Assembly (NCBI RefSeq): GCF_900618295.1
Contig: NZ_LR130532.1
Source: Escherichia coli
GTDB lineage: Bacteria > Pseudomonadota > Gammaproteobacteria > Enterobacterales > Enterobacteriaceae
Direction: 5' to 3' (one strand)
DNA length: 24,000 bases
A program made the position numbers and the translations under genes. Below are positions 1 to 8,469 of this stretch, in pieces; positions within the stretch are counted from its first letter, which is position 1; the number at the start of each line of letters is the position of its first letter. Below the pieces are notes generated by a model, which saw only the letters and a program-made list of their open reading frames with translations, was not told where the DNA came from and did no database searches.

Positions 1-1
1 T

Positions 2-691
2 TCACGTCTGAATGAAATCTTCCGGTGGGCAGCTACTGAAGAACTTATTGAGTTCAACCCGGCTGACAACCTTGGTCAAAGATTCAGTAAACCAAAAAAG
101 CAAAATATGCCTGCCCTTCCCCCAAGCGAATTGCCAAGGTTTATGGAATCTTTGACGAATGCGTCAATCCGGTTGGAAACACGTATGCTAATTGAATGGC
201 AATTGTTGACATGGGTTCGTCCGGGTGAAGCCGTTCGCGCAAGGTGGTCTGATATTGATACAACCAACAGCATTTGGAACATTCCTGCTGATTTCATGAA
301 AATGAAAAAGCTTCACAAAGTTCCTTTGAGTAAAGAAGCTTTGCGCATCCTTGAATTAATGAAATCAATAAGTGGGCATAGAGAATGGGTTTTCCCCAGC
401 ATAAAAGCGCCTCTTAATCATATGCATGAACAAACAGCCAACGCAGCTATCATCCGAATGGGGTTCGGAGGCGAGCTTGTAGCTCACGGTATGCGTTCTA
501 TTGCACGAACAGCGGCAGAGGAGTCTGGTAAATTCAGAGCTGAAGTTCTTGAGGCAGCGCTTGCCCACTCGAAAAAAGATGAAATTATCGCAGCATACAA
601 TCGTGCAGAATATCTGATAGAGCGACAGAGTTTGATGCAATGGTGGAGTGATTACGTTCAAGCTCAAAGATCAAATGCTCTGGTAGCCTAA
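2..691 (+). CDS. P4/CP4-57-family tyrosine recombinase (integrase), C-terminal part; 5' end lies outside the window
   Basis: Frame is open from base 2 (SRLNEIFRWAATEELIEFNPADNLG...) into the 107..691 ORF. Catalytic-domain landmarks: R in TWVRPGEAVRARWSDID, HGMRS (HxxR), and AYNRAEYLIERQSLMQWWSDYV with the tyrosine, typical of P4-like integrases. Confidence 0.9.
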   Translation, partial: SRLNEIFRWAATEELIEFNPADNLGQRFSKPKKQNMPALPPSELPRFMESLTNASIRLETRMLIEWQLLTWVRPGEAVRARWSDIDTTNSIWNIPADFMKMKKLHKVPLSKEALRILELMKSISGHREWVFPSIKAPLNHMHEQTANAAIIRMGFGGELVAHGMRSIARTAAEESGKFRAEVLEAALAHSKKDEIIAAYNRAEYLIERQSLMQWWSDYVQAQRSNALVA

Positions 692-729
692 GTATCAGAA
701 TAGCTAATATAATCCTGAAGGTAAAGAAA

Positions 730-1239
730 ATGGAAACCCTATTCAAAGTTTTTGAAAAATTTAGTTCCAGACCACTTTTTTTTATTTTTTTCGGACTCTC
801 ACTTTGTGAATTTTTTCAGAAACAATCTGTTCTGATGAATCCATCAGCAGATAACATCGCGAAATTATTCGCAGCCATGATATTAGTTGTTTTTTTTACT
901 TGGGGATTTGAATGGCTAATCTTCAAGTTCAATGTAAACCTTGAACCTCATGATCAAGGCGATATTGGACCAACAATTGGAACGGCTACTTTAGCTGTAT
1001 ACTTAGTTTATGCCTTTCACTTTCTCAGTGAAAATCCTGAAGCATTAAATTTAAAGTTATTAACTAACTCTGGCTTTATATACAGCACAACTCTATTATT
1101 ATTCTCATTAGAATGCATGAAGCTTAGAAGACTTAAACAAAATAAACAACATCATTGTGATGATAAATATAAAATAGGCATGGCGAAAAAATCACCACGC
1201 CTAAAATATAATAATTATGGTAGCATCATTGATACATAA
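730..1239 (+). CDS. Uncharacterised membrane protein (169 aa) with 3-4 predicted hydrophobic segments
   Basis: Full ORF with a purine-rich stretch (GAAGGTAAAGAAA) before the ATG. Hydrophobic stretches FFIFFGLSLCEFF, LFAAMILVVFFTWGFEWLIF, IGTATLAVYLVYAFHFL, GFIYSTTLLLFSL. AT-rich accessory composition. Confidence 0.55.
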   Translation: METLFKVFEKFSSRPLFFIFFGLSLCEFFQKQSVLMNPSADNIAKLFAAMILVVFFTWGFEWLIFKFNVNLEPHDQGDIGPTIGTATLAVYLVYAFHFLSENPEALNLKLLTNSGFIYSTTLLLFSLECMKLRRLKQNKQHHCDDKYKIGMAKKSPRLKYNNYGSIIDT

Positions 1240-1799
1240 TCCACACCAATCCTTGAGCTATACTGAGACGCTATAGCCTGATATCTTTCTGCATAACCAG
1301 TTCTCAGTTGAGATTTAAGTTTGAGTCGGACAGGAACATTTTGCACGTTGCCATCCATATTACTTAAAAACACGGCAGAAATAATATTTTTTTCTTCGCC
1401 ATCAACTGTTGTTCCATGATTCAACACCACCATATAATCAACAACAGGAAGCGTTTTATCCCCTTCGAAAATAGAGAGATATTTTCTTTGATTTTTATGC
1501 ATTACATATATATATTTCGAATGTTCAGCAAATGGCAATGCTTTACTCTGACTGGCGTTAAAAAGCTCCAGAACTTTAATGAGCCTGTGCGGACTTAATC
1601 TTACATGGTGAGGGTCGTTACCCTGAGTAGGAACCAAATCACATGCCGCAGATACACATAAATACCATTTGTTCGACTCTGTATCAAAGAAAATAGTGCC
1701 AGTAGAAATATGACCATCTTCAAAATTCTTTGAAGACAAATTCATATTTAAAGCATGATACATTTCGTGATAAGTATCATTATTTGATGGCAGATCCAT
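1215..1799 (-). CDS. C-terminal domain/part of the receiver-domain protein, probably separated from it by a frameshift (alternative: separate overlapping gene)
   Basis: ORF track 1215..1811 with an in-frame ATG at 1799 (MDLPSNNDTYHEM...). Contains KWYLCVSAACDLV and ends QLRTGYAERYQAIASQYSSRIGVDYV, resembling the C-terminus of large receiver proteins as I recall them. Adding one A to the A4 run at 1799-1802 joins it to the upstream frame (...YCSSK-MDLPSNN...). Confidence 0.5.
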   Translation of the reverse strand: MDLPSNNDTYHEMYHALNMNLSSKNFEDGHISTGTIFFDTESNKWYLCVSAACDLVPTQGNDPHHVRLSPHRLIKVLELFNASQSKALPFAEHSKYIYVMHKNQRKYLSIFEGDKTLPVVDYMVVLNHGTTVDGEEKNIISAVFLSNMDGNVQNVPVRLKLKSQLRTGYAERYQAIASQYSSRIGVDYVSMMLP

Positions 1800-2962
1800 T
1801 TTGAAGAGCAATATTGGAGCAATGCAGCAACTCCGCTGTTAGCGTATTCATTTGAATAGCTATCAAAAACACTTTTGATAAATTCATCCAGCGTATTATT
1901 ATTTTTAAGTCTTTGATAAAGCTCTTCTGATAAATTACCAAATACAAAGTCAATATTTCTACATCTAATATCAGGCGAGTCTGATTTTAATATCTCATTT
2001 AACCACGCAGCTTGACCGTAATGATCGTTAGCCAAATGATTTACAAAAGATAAAGCCTCAGCTTCGATTGCATTCTGAATTTCAGATTTTATTAACTGAT
2101 AATAAGATGGTTTCCATTCAATGAGAGAATCATTGAGAGTTTGCCAAATCCTATCTCCATCGTTTTCATGATCATCTTGAACCTTATGAAATAGGGAGAC
2201 AAAGATATTACCACATTGAATCCATTTTACTCCGCTTTCATCACCCCGAATGACATTGCCAGATGTGTTGCTAGAAATAATTGCATTTCTAGACACAGCA
2301 TATTCTGCAATCATTTTTGCAATGAAGTTTTTATCCTTTTGATCCTCCAACACAGCATCATCATGTATTAATCTTTTAATTCTTCTACAAGGCTTACTGT
2401 CTTTAATATAGGCTATTGTTTCATCTCTTGTGAGAGCTTTATTACCATTATCATTTAAGTTCGGTAATACAACGTCTTCCCAATAACTTTGGACATCTTC
2501 ATTATCGTAGTCAATGATCAAGCTGTTGATATCCAGAGCACCTTTGAGAGTCGATGATATCTGCATCCAAACCGTTTCTAAATTCTCTCTAGTATATATT
2601 ACAATCATATTTAAATGATCGGAGTCTTTCAAATCTTGTAATAGTTTAAGTGTTTTATCAGGTGCATTATTATCAAGATGATAATCTACAATAATAAGAT
2701 CTGATTTTCTAATCCGATCCACATCGAAATTAACAGAACCATTGTCAACATCACAAATCATATTTTTAGATTGAAAAAAGCTCTCAAGAGTAGCGGCTCG
2801 TTTAGATGAGTCAATTTTGTTGTAGTCTAAATCAACTTCGTTATTCAACGCCCTGATTGATTCAGAATACGTCAGAAAATCGTCATCAATCATGACAACG
2901 GAACGAATTGCATTTTCGCAGAAAGTTTTCTGGACAAGAGAATTATAATTTGCCACTGTCAT
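1748..2962 (-). CDS. Large response-receiver-domain protein, probably frame-truncated at the C-terminus
   Basis: SVVMIDDDFLTYSESI (acidic cluster), SDLIIVDYHLDNNAPDKTLKLLQDL (candidate phosphoacceptor Asp) and LNMIVIYTRE (Thr position) follow the receiver-domain pattern. The ATG at 2962 lies one base after the TAA of the kinase gene (TAATATG); an ATG at 2980 is an alternative start. Confidence 0.7.
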   Translation of the reverse strand: MTVANYNSLVQKTFCENAIRSVVMIDDDFLTYSESIRALNNEVDLDYNKIDSSKRAATLESFFQSKNMICDVDNGSVNFDVDRIRKSDLIIVDYHLDNNAPDKTLKLLQDLKDSDHLNMIVIYTRENLETVWMQISSTLKGALDINSLIIDYDNEDVQSYWEDVVLPNLNDNGNKALTRDETIAYIKDSKPCRRIKRLIHDDAVLEDQKDKNFIAKMIAEYAVSRNAIISSNTSGNVIRGDESGVKWIQCGNIFVSLFHKVQDDHENDGDRIWQTLNDSLIEWKPSYYQLIKSEIQNAIEAEALSFVNHLANDHYGQAAWLNEILKSDSPDIRCRNIDFVFGNLSEELYQRLKNNNTLDEFIKSVFDSYSNEYANSGVAALLQYCSSKWICHQIMILITKCIML

Positions 2963-2963
2963 A

Positions 2964-4800
2964 TTAGAACTCCACTCCATTGAACTGGATCACAAAATTA
3001 GCGCCATCTTTTATTAAATAGTTATCGCCTTCATCAGGTTCTGAATACCATATTTTATGATGTGCAACAGCAAGGTTTTCTCGACATAGATACAGACCTA
3101 CCCCATGTCCATTTGCTCTTTTGCTATAAAATAGTTCAAATAGTCGCGGGATATCATCGGTATCAATTGCCGGACCAGAATTTGCTATGATAACCAAAGA
3201 ATTCACAAAACCAATCTTTATGAGCCTATTATTTGACAGACTGACCCAATACATTGCATTGTTGATAATATTAGTAAAAACAGGATAGATCCTTGATGGT
3301 ATATCTGTTATTGCGATTTGCTTAAACTCTTCACTAAATTCAATAGTTATTCGTTGCCGTTCGAAACGCTCCCCAAAGAACTTCAGGACATAATCCATGA
3401 TATTTTTTCCAGTTATTCTCTGCCTGGATTGATAACCTGATATTTTCAAAGGTGATAAGAAACGTATTTGTTGAGTAAGCGATCTGTGAGCATTTAACGC
3501 CAATGAAAAACTAGGGTGTTCTTTTACAGAAGTAGGAAGAGAGTTTAGTCCTCTGGTTACCATAGAATCCATTTCTTCAAGTTCATGAGATATTATCTCA
3601 ACACTAATACCTAACTGTGCAAGCGCGTTTAAACTTTTAGCTTTTTCTTCAAAATATGAGCGTTCTTCTTCAGATAATGAGAATGCTGAATCTAAGTTTA
3701 TACCTTCAAATAATCTATCGAGACCTTTTATTATTGATTGATATTTGAAAGTTAGGGTATCAACTGACTCAACATATAAACTATCGAGCAAATTAAACAC
3801 ATTTTCAATTTGTGAATCATTATCTATTGAATCAACAACTGATATAGTTTTAGCATAATAATCACTTCGATCAACCTTTATTTCATCGGCCCATTTTTTA
3901 AAAGAGAATGTATCTTCTCCTCTATCGTGTTATTAAACTTAGTTAGTTTAGAATTAATAATACCTTGATTTTTCAAGGTGATTTTTCGCTGACAATGAAG
4001 GCTCAAGTTTATTTAATTCAGAATCAAGTTTATTAATTGCTAACTTCATTTGTAGAATATACGCAGAGAACTCATTAAATTTATCTCTGTAGTCTCTATA
4101 TTTCTCTTCATACATTCCAAGTTTTGGAGGTTTGATAGGCGTTTTAATTTCACTGCGCAACGCATCTAAGTTTGTAAGATCACTGTCTATAATTTTAAGA
4201 TAGTTTAAATCTAACGAACCATCAGTTTTATCAAGCTTAGTTTTCAGACTTTTAACAGCCTCCAAGGAAGCATCAAGAACTGGTGTCTGATTCTTCAAAG
4301 CTTCTGAAAAACTTTTTTGTGTTGATTTTCGAGCTTGTTGTTGAGCAGATTTTCTTAACTCTTTTTCACGCTTAACTTGTTCTAAAAGCTCTTTACGGTC
4401 ATCAGAACGTGAACCAAAAAATCTATCAGCAAGTTCAGTTAACAAATTAGATATAATAGTTTTCAGTTCTCTTGCAGCCTGGTTTCTTATGAATCCCTCT
4501 CTCCCCGACTTATCTTTCAGCTCTTTATTACTGGATTGAGTAATTCCAATATAACCAAAAATCCTTCTATTAGACCAATAATATCGCCCTGCATTCCATG
4601 AACGTCTTTCTTCTATCTGGAAGAAATCATTATCTACTCGACCATAAGGTAATACTCTCAAGCTATCCCTAAAAATCATTAGTCCTGCATACTTTTTGGC
4701 CTTAAGATCAAAGTGGGAATGTTCACGTTCAGTATGTGATGTATTTTGTGAAAGGAATTCAAACGTTCCTATCTGAAGCTCAAATGGGCCGACCCCTGCG
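2964..4800 (-). pseudogene. GHKL ATPase / histidine-kinase-like protein, 5'-truncated at IS3 and with an internal out-of-frame stretch
   Basis: C-terminal half (2964..3800): H-box-like LAQLGISVEIISHELEE, N-box NIINNAMYWV, F-box LFELFYSKR, G2 box GHGVGLYL. N-terminal fragment (3954..4800): AGLMIFRDSLRVLPYGRVDNDFFQIEERRSWNAGRYYWSNRRIFGYIGI, resembling the end of an HSP90/MORC-like ATPase module, then a coiled-coil-like linker (KREKELRKSAQQQARKSTQ). Both halves are in the same frame with multiple stops between about 3921 and 3956. The frame meets a TAG just inside IS3. Confidence 0.7.
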
Positions 4801-4830
4801 TGATCCTACCCACGTAATATGGACACAGGC

Positions 4831-5696
4831 CTAAGCGAGGTTCTTGTTTTCAAATTGTTCCGGACTGAGGCCGCCACACCAACTGTGCCGCCGCCACCGA
4901 TTGTAATCACATTCGATATAATTAAACACCGTTGCCCGCATTATTTCCCGGCTGATAAAGTGTTCTCCATGGATACATTCCACTTTCAGCGAATGAAAGA
5001 AGCTTTCCACGCAGGCATTATCGTAGCAGCAACCTTTTGCGCTCATACTTCCACGCAGATTATGCCGCTTCAGTTGCGCCTGATAATCTGCTGAACAGTA
5101 CTGGCCTCCACGGTCCGTGTGAACGATAACGTTCCGGGGCCTCTTACGCCGCCACAGCGCCATCTGCAGGGCATCGCAGGCCAGTTGCGCCGTCATGCGT
5201 GGCGACATTGACCAGCCAATAACGGCACGTGACCACAGGTCAATGACCACTGCCAGATACAGCCAGCCTTCATCTGTACGTAAGTACGTGATGTCTCCTG
5301 CCCACTTCTGGTTCGGGCCACTGGCGTAAAAATCCTGCTCCAACAGATTTTCTGACACAGGCAGGCCGTGTGCGCGGTAGCTGACCGGGCTGAACTTCCG
5401 GGAGGCCTTTGCCCTCAGTCCCTGACGGCGCAGGCTTGCCGCCACGGTTTTTACGTTAAAGGGGTAACCCTGAGCACGCAGTTCATCCGTCAGGCGTGGG
5501 GCACCGTAACGCTGTTTTGACCGGGTAAAAGCCGCGAGGACAACGCTGTCGCAGTGTTGGCGGAACTGCTGACGCGTGCTTATCCTTGTCCGCCGCTGAC
5601 ACCACGTATACCAGCCGCTGCGGGCCACCCGGAGCACGCGGCACATTGCTTTGATGCTGAACTCAGCCTGATGTTTTCAATAAAGACATACTTCAT
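4831..5696 (-). pseudogene. insF: IS3 OrfB transposase (DDE), apparent 1-nt deletion near its start
   Basis: Expected start ATGAAGTATGTCTTTATTGAAAA at 5696. The span is 866 nt (not a multiple of 3; 867 expected for 288 aa). Frame breaks at the A4 run around 5672-5675. The remaining [18 protein letters not shown]...[12 protein letters not shown]...HTDRGGQY...[12 protein letters not shown]...ENKNLA contains the DDE motifs. Confidence 0.85.
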
Positions 5697-5697
5697 T

Positions 5698-5991
5698 TCA
5701 GGCGCTTCGCGAAGTATGTCGCGGCCTTTGGAGGATAGCCAGCTCTTCATCCCGTTCTGCCAGCTGGCGTTTGAGACGTGCAATCTCGGTAGACATCTCC
5801 AGTTCACGTTCAGAAGACGTCTGCTGATTTTGCTGTTTACTGCGCCAGTTGTAGAGCTGTGATTCATACAGGCTGAGTTCACGGGCTGCGGCAGTAACAC
5901 CGATGCGTTCAGCAAGCTTCAGGGCTTCACTGCGAAATTCAGGCGAATGCTGTTTACGGGGTTTTTTACTGGTTGATACTGTTTTTGTCAT
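5698..5991 (-). pseudogene. insE: IS3 OrfA, C-terminus altered by an apparent 1-nt deletion at the A4G frameshift site
   Basis: MTKTVSTSKKPRKQHSPEFRSEALKLAERIGVTAAARELSLYESQLYNWR...EELAILQ, then RPRHTSRSA* instead of the expected KAATYFAKRLK. The sequence reads CTCCAAAGGCC where CTCCAAAAGGCC is expected. Confidence 0.85.
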
Positions 5992-6056
5992 GTGAGTCAC
6001 CTCTGACTGAGAGTTTACTCACTTAGCCGCGTGTCCACTATTGCTGGGTAAGATCA

Positions 6057-7100
6057 GAATGGGAAAACCTCCATGCATTAAAAGAAAAGCGTTTAAATGG
6101 AATGCCTAAAACAACACCCAAAAGTGACCAGGTTATTATGTTGCAAAATCAATACGTTCGTGAAATGCGAAAATATGGCGTACGAGGTTTACGTTATGAT
6201 GCGGCAAAACACTCAAAACATGAACAAATAGAAAGATCAATAACCCCACCGCTTAAAAATTATAATGAGCGGTTACACAATACTAACTTATTTAACCCAA
6301 AATATCATAAAAAAGCCGTTATGAATTACATGGAATATCTGGTAACTTGTCAGTTGGATGAACAACAAATGTCATCACTGCTTTATGAAAGAGATGATTT
6401 AAGCGCCATTGATTTTTCATTGCTCATGAAAACGATAAAAGCCTTTTCATTTGGTGGAGATCTTCAAACCCTTGCATCAAAACCGGGTTCCACAATCTCA
6501 AGTATCCCATCAGAAAGACGGATATTGATTAACATTAACCACGATTTTCCTAACAATGGTAATCTTTTCAATGACTTTCTATTTAACCATCAACAAGATG
6601 AACAATTAGCAATGGCATATATAGCCGCTCTGCCGTTCAGCAGGCCTTTAGTTTACTGGGATGGCCAAGTATTAAAATCAACGACTGAAATTAAAAATTA
6701 TGATGGGTCCACGCGTGTCGGCGGTGAGGCGTAGCTTAATAAAGGTTGCTCTACCTATCAGCAGCTCTACAATGAATTCCACGCATTATATATAGATAAA
6801 GCAGGAATATGGAGCGCATTTGAGGGTGTATCTGCAACTAAAAACGTTCTGGCCTTTAGTCGTGGGGATTCTGTGAACATTAATCACTCTCCTCATGATG
6901 GACTAGTTATAATAAATAAAGGAAACGAAGAAGTTGAAGGTACGGCCTAACAAATTGCAACCGGAATATACAAAACATGGGGAGTAATAGCGTTAACATT
7001 ATTATTAATAATACCCGAAAAATTATCCCCCGGTAAAGTATTTACGCTTAGAGGCGGAACTCTAAATATCAATATTCCGGGCGTAGCGCTCTTCTTTTAG
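6057..7100 (+). pseudogene. ygaQ: Alpha-amylase-like protein remnant (YgaQ-like), 5'-truncated at IS3, with two in-frame stops
   Basis: Open from the IS3 edge (EWENLHALKEKRLNGMPKTTPKSD...). Amylase-like ININHDFPNNG...DEQLAMAYIAALPFSRPLVYWDGQV. The same frame continues beyond TAG (6732) as NKGCSTYQQLYNEFHALYIDKAGIWSAFEGVSATKNVLAFSRGDSVNINHSPHDGLVIINKG, then TAA (6948), then KVFTLRGGTLNINIPGVALFF* (7100). Assignment to ygaQ is from genomic position and is inferred. Confidence 0.6.
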
Positions 7101-7150
7101 GGAAAACAGGAGAACCGCCGAACTATCTCTATTTATAATTTAATGTTATA

Positions 7151-7174
7151 TCTGCCCCGATAAAACGGGGCAGA
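7151..7174. other. Perfect 9-bp inverted repeat hairpin (TCTGCCCCG-ATAAAA-CGGGGCAGA)
   Basis: Direct reading. Lies just downstream of the ygaQ-like remnant; no clear U-tract, so a terminator role is uncertain. Confidence 0.6.
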
Positions 7175-7334
7175 TAATATGTTTAGTTTACTAACGGTCA
7201 TTTTGCAGTGAAGCCATTTACTGTTTTTTATCGACCAGATAATCTGTTCTCTAATGTTAACTCCCCTAACCTGTTGCTTTAGTTATTCATTTCCTGTCTC
7301 ACTTTGCCTTAATACCCTACGTTAAATGTTACTA

Positions 7335-7356
7335 ATTTGTTGCTTTTGATCACAAT
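7335..7356 (+). promoter_or_regulatory. Probable CRP-binding site of the glaH (csiD) promoter
   Basis: attTGTTGCttttgaTCACAat has one good TCACA half-site in the region upstream of glaH. csiD is known to be CRP/sigma-S dependent with a far-upstream CRP site. Confidence 0.4.
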
Positions 7357-7358
7357 AA

Positions 7359-8450
<1,092 letters not shown>

Positions 8451-8469
8451 GCGCAAAGGAATTGAGCGG

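Larger units (their letters stand above)
4801..6056 (-). mobile_element. IS3 insertion sequence (about 1256 bp present)
   Basis: Left end tgatcctacccacgtaatatggacacaggcctaagcgag (4801..4839). The reverse complement of the right end is tgatcttacccagcaatagtggacacgcggctaagtgag (ends at 6056). These are the related terminal repeats of IS3. OrfA and OrfB proteins match IS3 as recalled. Confidence 0.93.

Noticed and set aside
365-667. Minus-strand 100-aa ORF over the integrase
   Set aside because: Antisense to a clearly recognisable integrase catalytic domain; no ribosome-binding or family evidence.
1416-1598. Plus-strand 60-aa ORF inside the receiver C-terminal ORF
   Set aside because: Short, antisense to the better supported ORF, and unremarkable composition.
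4819-5862. Plus-strand ORFs inside IS3 (4819..5094, 5554..5862) as passenger genes
   Set aside because: They lie antisense to the transposase genes and have no recognisable family features.
5646-5991. Possibility that the two IS3 deletions hard-wire an OrfA-OrfB fusion, since together they put both parts in the same frame
   Set aside because: A TGA at 5698-5700 lies between the two deletions in that frame, so no continuous fused ORF results.
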